Shown here: positions 39,869 to 51,900 of the stretch, piece by piece
Layout: every line of letters begins with the position of its first letter
Numbering within the stretch: the stretch's first letter is position 1
DNA from: a virus
DNA length: 64,000 nucleotides
Strand: one strand, 5' to 3'
IMG/VR virus record: IMGVR_UViG_3300031787_009175
Location: 1-64,000 of that record
Made by a program: the position numbers and the translations under genes
The notes under the pieces: model-generated
Told to the model about the DNA's origin: nothing
Databases searched by the model: none
Seen by the model: the letters and a program-made list of their open reading frames with translations, nothing else

Positions 39869-40725
39869 TTCTCTGTTGCATGTATTATACCCCCTCTAGG
39901 ACCTGTTTTATATCCATTAGGTGTGAACACTTTGGACCATATTGGATGGGAATATGATATATCAAAATCTTTGAATCCTGCCAAATAAGCGGAAACCCCA
40001 ATCTCGAAACCCTCGGCCCAAGTCCCATATGTAAAATCTTTATTAACTAAATAATCGTGGAACCATTTCCAATTATCTACCATTTTTTTTAGTTTACCAT
40101 CTTTATTGATAAAGATAAGTAAATATTCAGAAGGTAAACCGGCGCCTGCCCAACCGTGATTCTCAAAATCCTTGATAGTTTTTTTATCAAAATCAATCAT
40201 ATCGTAGTTGTATAATTTGTGCCAAAAAACCGTACAATTCGCATAATCGTATTCCGACTGATTTATTTTTGAAAGACAGTTCGTGTTAAAAGTATTCAAC
40301 AAGTTTCTAACTTTATAATCCGTTCTTGGTCCGAAAAAATCAAAACCATCTGATACCATTTTTTCATAGAAATTTTTAATTTCAGATTCATCCCACCAAT
40401 CAAAGGAGTTGTCGCAATCTGTAAAGATAATCAAACTATTTTCTAGTTCTTTTACGTGGTCTAAGCAGAGATATCTCATATTAAAATTGAAATCATCCGC
40501 GCCTTTATTTGGACCAATTGGTAACCTTACTTTTAAATCATCACGATTCAATTCTTTTATTTTAATACGACTATTTTCACCGAATTTATCTCTTATCAGT
40601 TGTGAACAATCTGTCGTGACATATATATCGATTTTTGAAAGAGATAACACATCCTCTATCATCCTCAATGTGTAATCCTTTGTATAATTTTGACCTAAAC
40701 TTAAGGTAGTTATTGCTATTTCCAT
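39865..40725 (-). CDS. Putative GT-A glycosyltransferase
   Basis: IAITTLSLGQNY, IYVTTD and IIFTDCD (DxD); sugar-cluster context. Confidence 0.5.
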   Translation of the reverse strand: MEIAITTLSLGQNYTKDYTLRMIEDVLSLSKIDIYVTTDCSQLIRDKFGENSRIKIKELNRDDLKVRLPIGPNKGADDFNFNMRYLCLDHVKELENSLIIFTDCDNSFDWWDESEIKNFYEKMVSDGFDFFGPRTDYKVRNLLNTFNTNCLSKINQSEYDYANCTVFWHKLYNYDMIDFDKKTIKDFENHGWAGAGLPSEYLLIFINKDGKLKKMVDNWKWFHDYLVNKDFTYGTWAEGFEIGVSAYLAGFKDFDISYSHPIWSKVFTPNGYKTGPRGGIIHATEK

Positions 40726-40731
40726 AATGTT

Positions 40732-41280
40732 TTATTTTGTTTTTTTGAAGGCACAATAATAGTAATAATGGGTCCCCATATCTATCGGAATTTTTAGTTC
40801 TCTCCCATCTAAATTTATCAATTCTAACATAGGATAATATTCTTTCATAAGATTATCATCCAAATCAGGCTGTAAATGAATTTCATATTTGTTACCAAAA
40901 ACTTCTCCCTGTGGTAAATAATACGGAACTACGACTAACAACTCCTTACATTTATCCTTTAACCTATTCAAAAGTAACACGGCATCCTCTCTAGATAAAT
41001 GTTCTAATATGTCACCCATAATGATAATATCGTAGTATTTGAATTCAAAATCCATAATATTTACGTTGTAAACATTATCATACATCGATTCTAATTCATA
41101 TTCTTGAATATACGGTTTCCATATTTCTACAGCATCAAATTTTTGGAAATGGTTATTAAGTAATTTGAAGTAAAAACCATGTCCGCAACCAACATCTAAT
41201 ATTGATGAATCTTTATCAAAGTTTCTAGTTAAATATTCTTTTACGTCGGGTCCTAAATATCCCCAATTTCCTGGCATCAT
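40732..41280 (-). CDS. Class I SAM-dependent methyltransferase
   Basis: ILDVGCGHG, DAVEI and YDIIIMGDILEHL motifs. Confidence 0.85.
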   Translation of the reverse strand: MMPGNWGYLGPDVKEYLTRNFDKDSSILDVGCGHGFYFKLLNNHFQKFDAVEIWKPYIQEYELESMYDNVYNVNIMDFEFKYYDIIIMGDILEHLSREDAVLLLNRLKDKCKELLVVVPYYLPQGEVFGNKYEIHLQPDLDDNLMKEYYPMLELINLDGRELKIPIDMGTHYYYYCAFKKTK

Positions 41281-41283
41281 TTT

Positions 41284-42156
41284 TTAAAAAAATTTACTAA
41301 GTTTATTAATTATTGGTTTTATGTTTTCAGATTCTAAAATTTCCTTTAATAAAAGTTTAGAATTTACTTCAGCATTCAAAAATTTACCGTGTCTCACAAT
41401 CTCAATATAATCAATTAATAAAAAATCTGAACCAATTTCTCTCTCGTCGGCATGGTAAGTTAGAGTAGGATAATGATAGCAATAGTTTTTGAATCCAAAA
41501 TCGAAAAAATTAATTTTTTTTTCGTAGAATGAGTAGTTATAAAACTCTTGTAACTTCCTTTTTTCTCCTTTAGTATTTTTAATATCAGTATTATCTAACT
41601 GATGTAGTGAAATCATAGGGTTCGAATTTAATAATTTAATCAGAGAATCTTTTTTCCAAATACATGGCTGAACTGAATACATATGTCTAGCGGATTCATC
41701 GAATTCATAGAAACAATCCTTAGGGTAGTTGTATTTTTCATAATCTATTTCGGATTTCTTCCAATTACGTATAAACGCTTCCAAATGTTTTTGGGTGCTG
41801 AATGAAATAAAATCCGCTTTCAAATCCTCACAAATATTTACCAAGTTTTCGAACCTTTCTTTTTTAATTGGCGATTTGACCAAGTAATCATCGCATAACC
41901 AAAAAATATATTCTTCAGGTATTTCACTTAAACATTTAGTCATTGTTGGCCCAAAATGACTACCATCTATAGAAAACGGCGTTCCTGATTCTAAAAAAAT
42001 GACATTTGGATTAACAATCTGATATGGTATCTTGTTTGACACAACATAGATTTTTTTACCTAAAAAAAAACAATTGTCAACAACAAATTTTAATGTTAAT
42101 TCTAGTAATTCAAAATAATTCTCATTAGTAAAAATAATAAAACAAATATCTCTCAT
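41284..42156 (-). CDS. Putative GT-A glycosyltransferase
   Basis: YIFWLCDDY acidic motif and SVQPCIWKK; sugar-cluster context. Confidence 0.55.
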   Translation of the reverse strand: MRDICFIIFTNENYFELLELTLKFVVDNCFFLGKKIYVVSNKIPYQIVNPNVIFLESGTPFSIDGSHFGPTMTKCLSEIPEEYIFWLCDDYLVKSPIKKERFENLVNICEDLKADFISFSTQKHLEAFIRNWKKSEIDYEKYNYPKDCFYEFDESARHMYSVQPCIWKKDSLIKLLNSNPMISLHQLDNTDIKNTKGEKRKLQEFYNYSFYEKKINFFDFGFKNYCYHYPTLTYHADEREIGSDFLLIDYIEIVRHGKFLNAEVNSKLLLKEILESENIKPIINKLSKFF

Positions 42157-42162
42157 AAAATC

Positions 42163-43530
42163 TCAATCCAAACTTAGAAAAGTGTTTAAATCCTCAGGAG
42201 TTCCTAATCCGAACATTTTATTAACATTGAATGTTTTAATTTTTTTTGAGTCTTCAATTGCTTGATTAAATACAGGACAGACATAAAATTCATTATTTAC
42301 TCTTATATTTTTTTCTATCATTTGTTCTGCATATTTAACATAATCTGAACCTTTTTTCCAAAAATAAATACCTACAGTAGCAACATCTGATATCGGTTTT
42401 TTTTCCGCAACCTCAGTCACTAACCCAAATTCATTCAATTTAACAAATGACCATTTTGGGTGAGTCGATTTAAATGTAACTATACCCGCATCACACTCCG
42501 TTTCATTCATTTTATACATAAATTCATTGGAGTCCCACTCGATGAATTGGTCTGAATTAGCAATTATTAATGGATTATCGTTATCAATGAACTTAGTAGC
42601 TAATAATGTAGTACACGCAGCACCTTCAGTTATTCCGTCAACCTCAACAATCTGACACGTTGGGGTTACTAAATTTAACAATGTATCTAAGTTATATTTT
42701 TCTCTGTGTCTTTTTTGAACGATAAAAATATAATTACCGTCAATATTTAAATTATCGACAACTAATTTAATCATTGGCTCACCATTAACGTCAATCAATG
42801 GTTTTGGAAATGTATAACCCGCTCTCTCAAATCTACTTCCGGCTCCGGCCATAGGTATCAATATGTTTAATTTTTTATCTGACCATTTTGGTGATTTAAT
42901 AGTTTTTGAATTATTTAATTCATTTAACTTTTTTATGATTTTATCATAAGTTACATCATCAGCGTTTTTAACTCTTAAAACATTTGAGTAACTTCTATTT
43001 GCGGCCAATAAACCGTAAGGTGAATCCTCAATAATTAATGTTTCTTCGGGTAAACATTCCATCATAGAAATCGCTTTCCAAAAAATTTCAGGATGAGGTT
43101 TACTGTTTTTAACATCTTCATTAGATAATACCAAATCAAAAAATTCAATAATTTCTAGTTTAGATAACACGGTTAATACAGTTTTTCTGACACTGTTACT
43201 GCAACAAACTATTTTATATTTTAATTTTGATAATTCAGATAAACAAAATATTAATTTTTGCGATTTTTCTAAATTAAGAATTTTTTTTAAAGTGTATTTT
43301 TGTTTTGTTTCCCAAACCACATTAAATGATGATGTAGGTAAACCTTTATTAGTGTGTAATAATTTTAATTTTTGATTTGTTTTTAAACCATCATATAAAC
43401 TTAAATGTTCATTCCATTCAATTACATATTGTTCTCCAACATCTTTTAAAGCCTTATTTAAACTTTCATAGTGTATTTCTTTAGCATCTAATAAAACGCC
43501 GTCTAAATCAAAAATTATTGTTTTAATCAT
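42163..43530 (-). CDS. HAD phosphatase fused to a sugar-phosphate nucleotidyltransferase
   Basis: IIFDLDGVL, KPHPE and IIEDS (HAD), then LIPMAGAGSRF..PKPLI, IANSDQ, VAEKK and GLGTPEDL (NTP transferase). Confidence 0.85.
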   Translation of the reverse strand: MIKTIIFDLDGVLLDAKEIHYESLNKALKDVGEQYVIEWNEHLSLYDGLKTNQKLKLLHTNKGLPTSSFNVVWETKQKYTLKKILNLEKSQKLIFCLSELSKLKYKIVCCSNSVRKTVLTVLSKLEIIEFFDLVLSNEDVKNSKPHPEIFWKAISMMECLPEETLIIEDSPYGLLAANRSYSNVLRVKNADDVTYDKIIKKLNELNNSKTIKSPKWSDKKLNILIPMAGAGSRFERAGYTFPKPLIDVNGEPMIKLVVDNLNIDGNYIFIVQKRHREKYNLDTLLNLVTPTCQIVEVDGITEGAACTTLLATKFIDNDNPLIIANSDQFIEWDSNEFMYKMNETECDAGIVTFKSTHPKWSFVKLNEFGLVTEVAEKKPISDVATVGIYFWKKGSDYVKYAEQMIEKNIRVNNEFYVCPVFNQAIEDSKKIKTFNVNKMFGLGTPEDLNTFLSLD

Positions 43531-43531
43531 A

Positions 43532-44227
43532 TTACTTTTGTATATAAGCGGTAGGACATAAAAAATTTATAGATTTTAACTCTAAGTTTTTTTCTTGGAT
43601 AAAACGGTCAACCCCTTTAGATTCACTCCACTTGTGGTAACCATATTCATCAAACACGATAATACCTCCCTTAGTCATATTGCCCCAAAAATTCGATAGT
43701 GTGTCATAAGTTGGTTTTTCTAAATCTAAATCCATATACAATAATGAAATTTTAAAACCAGGATTCTCATTTGAGAACATGTGAGTCGTAACAGATACGT
43801 CACCCTTAATTAAGTCAAATTCGTTAGGTAAAAAACCATCATTTAAAATCTTATTATATAAAATATCTCTATAATTTTCATCATGATTAAAGTTTCGTTC
43901 TTTAAATAAACTATTCATATAAGTTTTATCTAAATCGTTTGTTAAGGTTGATACTAAACCATCATTATCAAAATAATCAAACCCAATTACTTTTTTATGA
44001 GTATTCGGATTAAAGACCCTCTTCAATTTTAAAAAAGAATATAAACCAGTACCTTTAAAAACACCACATTCAACTATATCTCCAGGAATATTTTTAACTT
44101 TATTATATATAAGTGTTCTTGCGATTAATTTATTAAAGATTTTAGTGTCCTCACTTAAAATAAAATTATTAAACGAATCGAACAATTCTTGAGGTGTTTC
44201 AGTTAATTCTAAGTTTTTTATGTTCAT
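43532..44227 (-). CDS. TylF/MycF-family sugar O-methyltransferase
   Basis: PGDIVECGVFKG, IGFDYF, SLLYMDLD and GGIIVFDEY motifs. Confidence 0.85.
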   Translation of the reverse strand: MNIKNLELTETPQELFDSFNNFILSEDTKIFNKLIARTLIYNKVKNIPGDIVECGVFKGTGLYSFLKLKRVFNPNTHKKVIGFDYFDNDGLVSTLTNDLDKTYMNSLFKERNFNHDENYRDILYNKILNDGFLPNEFDLIKGDVSVTTHMFSNENPGFKISLLYMDLDLEKPTYDTLSNFWGNMTKGGIIVFDEYGYHKWSESKGVDRFIQEKNLELKSINFLCPTAYIQK

Positions 44228-44670
44228 ATTTTTTTGTTATATTTTTCTATAACATCACTACATATACCAATACATAACGATGTATTATCATCGTGCAATT
44301 CAGGTAAAACTGATATACTATTTTTAATGGGTTGTTTACCTGGATAAACCCATATGTGGTTATGCGATGTTAGTGTTATAGTATCTGTTTCATGCCAAAA
44401 ATAATTGAACTCATATTGATTTGTTTTAAAAAAAATTAATGAGTTAATATTCTTACAGTGAATCCATAATTTAGATTTTCTATCTTCTAACCAATCAAGA
44501 TTTATATCGTAAAGTGGTTTATCGTGTCCTAAAAATATATTGTCATTAACAACCCACACATCTATCTCAACATCATAACCGGAATAGATTGCTTCATCTA
44601 TGTATTCAGGATGGTTTTCTCTTAATTTATTTTCACCATTTATATTTCCTCTATGAGAAATCAATATCAT
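44224..44670 (-). CDS. Glycerophosphodiester phosphodiesterase-like (PLC-like) protein
   Basis: ISHRGN...EN...GYDVEIDVW...LGHD...LWIHCKN...GICSD. Confidence 0.75.
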   Translation of the reverse strand: MILISHRGNINGENKLRENHPEYIDEAIYSGYDVEIDVWVVNDNIFLGHDKPLYDINLDWLEDRKSKLWIHCKNINSLIFFKTNQYEFNYFWHETDTITLTSHNHIWVYPGKQPIKNSISVLPELHDDNTSLCIGICSDVIEKYNKKI

Positions 44671-45917
44671 AAATTCCCCGTTATTCTTTCACACCATCCC
44701 TTAGATGTGGAATATGGCCATACAACCCAATACTTTGGTTTGTGAGATGTTTGGAATTCTCTCCAAACCTTACAATATCCATCAGGGTCATTTTTCATTC
44801 TGTTAATTTCATTTACATCAGCATCCTTTCTGAAAATTGTTTCGTCTTGTTCGTTGTGAAATGCAACTACCCAAAATTCATAATCTTCTTCCGGAACTTG
44901 AGAATAACCAATATCAATACAATGTTTGAAAATTGATGCAAAACTATTTTTCCAATCCTCTTCGTTCTCAAAATTATATGTGTTTGGGGGATATGTTTTA
45001 TCGATTGTTTCCTGTTGGATTGCCCTTCTTTCGAATAACAATCCTGAATATTTTTCATAATCCCTTAATGTTCTTTCAGTACCAAATCCATAAATTCCAA
45101 ATTCATCGGGATTATAAGTTTCACCGTCCATAGAAAATAATTTTCTATTCTTAAGATGTGCTCTGTTGTTTTTTGAAACCCAATCTCTATCATCGTCCCA
45201 TTGTTTAGTTCTACCTTTTCTTGTATATTCGTGCCAAATTAATGCTTTATGTGGGTGAAACAAATCATATCCGTGTGTGTAAGCTCTTGCTGCGATTGAA
45301 ATTTCTTCTCCGTGAAAATAGAATTCGGGGTCGTGTTGAACTTCTTTAGAAAATTCACCTAATGTGAAGCAGTAGTGTGCTGAGTAAAATCTCGCAGTAA
45401 CAGGTTCCTTCAATTCCTGCCAATTTGGTATTGTTTCAGGTAAAAAGAAAACCGCCCCCTCAGGTATAAATCTATCGAACACCATCCTCCAAGGTTCTTG
45501 AATTCTTTCTTGTGGGTCGTTATCAGGATTAAACGATGAAACATATCCCGTTAGAAGAGGTTTTTTATGACCTTTCTTTTGTAATTGTTTAATCATTTTA
45601 ATCATTTCATCATCCCAATTTGGTGCAAACCTCATATGTGAGTCAATTTGTAAGGTGTATTCTTCACCTTGATATAGTTGTTGAATTTGATTTCTTGCCC
45701 AACAAGCGCCATTTGACTCTAAATAAAAAATATCAAGTATTCTAAATCTTTTATCTTTTCTATATTCATCTAAAGTGTCAAATTTATCATCAGGATGATA
45801 TTGACGGGCAATTCCAAAAACTAAATTTTTTGGTTTTTTTGCATTTTCGATTGCTGATTTAATTGTTTTTTCTAATTCGGGGTCCCTATAAGACGCAATT
45901 TGAATAAAAATTTTCAT
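44667..45917 (-). CDS. GT60 (Gnt1/TcOGNT-like) polypeptide N-acetylglucosaminyltransferase
   Basis: IFIQIASYRDPEL, GACWAR, YTLQIDSHMRF (DSH metal motif), FHGEEISIAARAYTHGYDLFHP and WHEY are hallmarks of the GlcNAc/GT60 family. Confidence 0.8.
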   Translation of the reverse strand: MKIFIQIASYRDPELEKTIKSAIENAKKPKNLVFGIARQYHPDDKFDTLDEYRKDKRFRILDIFYLESNGACWARNQIQQLYQGEEYTLQIDSHMRFAPNWDDEMIKMIKQLQKKGHKKPLLTGYVSSFNPDNDPQERIQEPWRMVFDRFIPEGAVFFLPETIPNWQELKEPVTARFYSAHYCFTLGEFSKEVQHDPEFYFHGEEISIAARAYTHGYDLFHPHKALIWHEYTRKGRTKQWDDDRDWVSKNNRAHLKNRKLFSMDGETYNPDEFGIYGFGTERTLRDYEKYSGLLFERRAIQQETIDKTYPPNTYNFENEEDWKNSFASIFKHCIDIGYSQVPEEDYEFWVVAFHNEQDETIFRKDADVNEINRMKNDPDGYCKVWREFQTSHKPKYWVVWPYSTSKGWCERITGNL

Positions 45918-45989
45918 ATATTATTGTTCTATTTTGATATAAAAATAATACTTGAAAAAAACAAATAAATAGATTATTTAAGTGATTTA

Positions 45990-48900
45990 CTATGGTAATC
46001 CCCACGGAGCGCATTTAGGGTCGTGAGTTAAATCTGTAATTGTTGTGTATGTTGTACCAGGAGGACCTGGTATCATATCTCCTGATACAAGTGTGAATAC
46101 GTAGTTACCGGATGAAAAAGTTATGTTGAACACTGCACCATTGACTGTTGCAACATAAAACTGAGGTAAAGTAATGCCTGGGAATGGGAAAAACGGTCCT
46201 GACGCTCCATTAGATACAGGTAAGTTTAACTTTTGGGTTGTAGATTGTACCGAGTAAGTAAATGTGAATTGGTTGTAAATTATATCCACTAAATAAGTGT
46301 CAACGCCAACTTTGATTGGTAAAACAAAACTAGAAGGTTCTTCGTACAAATGTATAGAACCGTTCAATGTACCACCACTAGGTAAGTCAAATAGGAAAGT
46401 TTCTACAGGTGTTGAGGTTGCTATATTTACTCTATACATTTTCTGAACCCCTAAAACAGATTTTACATAATGTAGGATGTTGTTTGTACCAGGTTGGTTG
46501 TTTGCGATTTTTATTATATTACCACCAGTTACGTTTATAGTTCTATTATATATCGGATTGAAATTTGTGGCTGTAGTTGTAAATTCATATATATTATTCA
46601 TATCCGCAAAATACATTTTGTTGGTAGGACTATAAATGTTGGCAAAAGTGGTCAAAGAACCTGATGATAATTGAACCTCAATATCTTCATACCAAATATT
46701 AGTTGCTAAAGAAGTGGGAGGTTGAGCGTATCTCGAAATGTTTGTCAGAGTTGTATATCCCAATGGTTCTCTTGTCATACTATAGATATTACAACCCTGA
46801 ATTCTTGTGATTGTATATGTATTAGAAAACCCTGATACTTGTTGACAAATAACTGAACTTCTATCACCCGCTGGAGGACAAGCACCTTCTGAAAGTGGGT
46901 CACAACAAATTTTCACAACTCTGAAAAATAAGTTTGTGAATGAATTCGGAATTGGTCCATTGTTTACTGTTTGGGGAGATGTACAAGAAAAATTAACACT
47001 TCCGATAAAACCTAACCAAGGACCATTCGGACTCACTGTAGAATATTGGACATTTACATCACAACAAGAATTACAATCAATTAAATCAAAAAACACACTA
47101 TAAGTCCAACCACCATTTTGCTGGAATGAATAAGTTATATTAGTTATGTTCGGTCCGCAACAACAATCACTCGGTGTGTTAATAAAAATACATTCATCAC
47201 AATCACGACTAACTTTATATGATGCTGATAAAGATGTTGTTATGTCAGGAGAGTTACTACTTAATCCAAGCACCTGTAGACACATGTTATTTGGTGGTGC
47301 TAAGTAAATTTGGAACACTTGTGCGGTTATAAATTCATTATATTGTAAAGAAGTTAAACCGGTCAACCTTACATAATATGTCTGTGACGTACAACAACTT
47401 TCTGTTTCTAGAGTGACCTCAAAGTTCGTTTGAGTTGGAGTCGGTGTGACAGTAGGTGTTTTTGTAACTGTAGGTGTTTGAGTTGGTGTTTGAGTATTTG
47501 TAGGGCTCTGCGTTAAAGTCGGAGTTTGTGTCGGCGTTTGTGACTTTGTTGGGGTTGGTGTTTTTGTCGGTGTTTTAGTTTGTGTAACAGTAGGGGTTAC
47601 TGTTTTTGTTGGGGTAGGTGTCGGAGTAGGTGTCGGAGTAGGTGTTGGTGTTGGGGTAGAACTAACAGGTGATAAGCAGTTCGCGCAATCAACATAAGGA
47701 CCTCCGTTTACCGTTGCTGTAAATTGTGAATTAACGCAACCTGTGAGTGTATCGATAACGGTGAAACAATTTTCTTCGATTCTTTCTATCCCTATTATAT
47801 TGTTTGCATTATATGTTACGTTATTAATTGTAATACTACTAAAATTACCACCAACTAAATATCTTCCACTTTGATTGTCTATTTTGATGATATCGTAAAA
47901 CTCACTATTTGTACTACCTGTCATAGTTTGAAGAAGAGAACCATCTGAGTTAACATAGTACAATTTGCCAATATTCTTGTTAGTACCAACTAAAAATTTT
48001 CCATCACTCAAAAGAAGGATTTTCAAAAAAATTTGGGTCGAGGTAAATCCACTAGACCAAGATTGGGCGTTGAATGTATTGTCGATTGTCCCGCCAGAAT
48101 CGAATCGTACGATATTTACAATATTTTGGGTATTTGCCGATGAAAATCCACCAACCACAACAATCTTACCGTCGTTTTGAATCACTAAGTCTATTGCACC
48201 TCCTAAACCTCCAACGTTGTTTACAGTACCAGAGAATGTAGTGTCCAAAGTACCATCCGTATTTAACCTCATAATACCTTTAAGAGGGTTGGAATTATAA
48301 CCAGTTATATTTCCACCGACAACAACTTTATCGTCAGATTGTAATTTGATTGTAAAAATATCTCTCATTTCAGCACCATTACCATAATTGACAAAAGAGG
48401 TATCTATTTCCCCATTGGATTTCAACTTTATTAATCCTGGACTTGAAAATCCTGAATATGTGGTAAATGTACCTCCAACAAAAAATCTATCTTGTACTAA
48501 TGTATCTAAAGTTAATACATAAACCTCTTGGTTAAATCCTGTACTTGAAGAGAATGTATTATCGTAAACCCCTGCATCGGTTGTTCTGACGATATAGTTA
48601 ACGTTATTTACTCCATAACCTGTAAATCTACCACCCAAAATTATATTCCCTGTTGACTGTTCAATTGTATCGAAAACATAAGAATTGGCACCACCCGCAT
48701 CTGTATAATTTTGGAACTCATTAGAATCAAATAAAGAATCGAAAGTTCCAACACCATTTGTGGATGTGTACAAATAAGCGATATTTCCGTTGTATGCTGA
48801 AAAAGAACCACCATAAATTATTGTATCGGCTTTCTGAGTGAGTTGTAATAAACTTGAAACCTGTGCATTCAGACCGCTAAAACCTATCCCATATACAAAT

Positions 48901-51900
48901 TCTTGGTCTTTGTAAAATACATCAGGGAATCCTGTAATGTTATATGTGTTATTTTCCAACAAAGTTGTGGTACTGTCGGCGGTAAAGGTCAACCCACTCA
49001 CTGTACATGAACTCAAAACGTACGATTCTAAATTCACACTTGTACAACCATTACAATCACTATAACCTGTCCAAGCAATTGTTGCACCTGTTGTTTCAAC
49101 ACTACCCCCACCTCTACTATAACACAAATCATTATAAACAATCACAGGTTGGAAATATATAGAATATCCCGCATCATAAATAGGGATTATATCTCCACCA
49201 TCACAACAATTTGTGTAATCCCTAACTCCAAACCCACACGGGTTACCTAGATTGTTTAACGCTACCGTACAATTGATATAGTCGTAATTTATAAAACAGT
49301 TAGTACCGAAGTTACCTGTTGAAGCACTTACCATAGAATATGGTAGACTGTCATCAGGATTAATAACAACATTACCCGCCACGAAGTTTTCAGGAACAAT
49401 TCCAAATGTGACTAAAGTTGGAGTACCGTATGGGTCATCGCAACAAGATATAAAATCATAAGCGGTAAATCCACACTCACACTTGTTTTGTTGTTGACAC
49501 TGAAGACATTCTCCAGTTTGGAAATCCGGAATTTCATAACTGAAAACACCTGATTGACTATTATCAAATGCAACCAATTTAAAACATTTTGTGCCTGTTA
49601 TGGTCGGGTCTTCATATTGTACAATATCACCAATATCCCAACCTGTATTATTTACATTGAAATAATATGTTAGTGTTTCGGTGCAACAATCTGTAAATCT
49701 TGCTCTTGTACAATATTGATTTAGATAATTAGACTCGCATGTTGAGCAATCACTTAAGAATGAACTAACAGGGAACGGTACTTGTGGGTTTACAGACCCA
49801 ATGGTTGAACTTCCATTGAAATATAAACAAACTCCGACGGCCGTACCTCCACCTAATCCTCCCGTACCTTGAGTTGTTGTAGTATTTCCTATTTGTAAAT
49901 CATAAGAGAATTGAGTACCATATTGTGTTGTTTGTCCCGTCGGCACGACATTAACAACAAATTGTGTATCACCTGAACAACAATCTAAAAATATCATAGG
50001 ACAACCAACAGTTTGTACACATTCCCAACAAGTTGTATAAGCGGTAGTTGTATAGCTTTCACTATAAGTGCCCTCCTCAGGCAGATACTGATAAGCACTA
50101 TAACATTGATTATTTGTTGTATCGGTGACTACATCTCCGACAGACCAAGAGTGTGTGAAAGTATCTAATAAATAATATTTTACATCGGTTTGAGTACAAC
50201 AATCTCTGAATTCCCAAACTTGGAATTGAGGTGCGGGGGTTGGGGTCAAAGTCGGTGTCTGAGTAACCGTTACAGTTGGTGTTACGGTTGGGGTTTGAGT
50301 ATTTGTCGGTGTTTGAGTATTTGTAGGAGTTTGTGTGTTAGTAGGTGTGACGGTTGTGGTTGGCGTTTGTGTCTTGGTTGGTGTAGGAGTTGGAGCTGGT
50401 GTTTTAGTTGGAGTTTGGCTTACACAATTTATTGTACCATAAATGTCCAATTGGCATGCATCACAATCGTTATAGACTGATGATAATGCAGGTGGATTAG
50501 TTAATGTGTAGATTGTAGTTGGATTGGATTCTATTATCGTTGCACAACCAACAAACAAATCCGAAACAATATATAACGTTTCTCCTATTTCATAGTTATA
50601 TGGTATGGATGCAAATTCATCAGCAAAAATGAACTTTATTGAATTACAACAAGAGCTGAAACATCTAGTAACTTGGGCGGAACATAATTCACAATTATCA
50701 AATGTAGCACCTGTAATATAACTGCTTATGACAGATGGTGATGAATCAATAATATCTACCAAAGTCCAACAACCAGATAAATTAGACAATCCTACAACAT
50801 CACCTAAGTTTATCGGAAGTGGTTCATCTACAAATACACAATTATCCGTAGGTTCGTTATATGAAATAATTCTATTGAATGAATTTGTGATATTTGTTGT
50901 CGAGAACCCTGTTACAGTTGGGTCAATCTGCCAATTAAAGTTTTTCAATCCTACACCATCTTGTAATGATGGAGTCAGGTTTTGATAAACCGTACTAGCC
51001 GTAAACGCTGTAATAGGATTTATTGTTTCCAAAGTAACAAATGTCCAATTAGGTGACATAACAGGATTTATAAACGGCCATACACCACCATTGAAATTGT
51101 ATTTGTTACCAAAATATGTCGATGTATTTGTCTCGCCTTCAATTATAGCCAAAGAAGTTAAAATGAATTGATATCCAATAGGTAGGTTATATGGTTGAGG
51201 TAATATTCCTGCAAAAGAAGGTTCAGGATATAAAAAGTTTTCTATTTCCCCTAAAGATACATATTTCAAATCATACCAAACATTCAAATATGCCTCATAA
51301 TCATCTAACACATTAGTTAAATTGAAATTAAAATTATCCGGTTGATTAGTTGTATTACCTGATGTATTATATCCACTAGTGTTGGTAGTATAAGCGTTTT
51401 GAGCCTCATTTATGATATTAATAGTGATATAGTTAGTATCTCTGAATGAATCTACGTTTCCACCATAGGTATATATCGGTGATGAATTTACCGTGTCAGA
51501 TGAGAAAGAATTTCTTATACCACTCGAATATTGGTTTTTTGTCCCATCGAAATTTAAACCTCTGTTGATATTATAGTTCACTGTACCAACACCCCCATCA
51601 ACAACATAACAGTTCAAAGGATTACTTATAAATCCTGATGACAATGTTCCTCCCAATAAAGACCCCAAATACGGATAGCAAGACCACCACATCCAATTCA
51701 TACCGTATACCACCATTTCGTATAAATTTCCAGTGTAACCGCTATTGTTTACTAAATCCGAATACCAAGACCTAATATTTTGAGATGCCCCACTTAATGT
51801 TGACGGTGAGTACGAAGGACTTGCATCATAAAAAACATAAATGTTTTTTGTTAAATCGGTTGTCGCCGAACACTGACACATTTGATAAATTGGATTGAAA

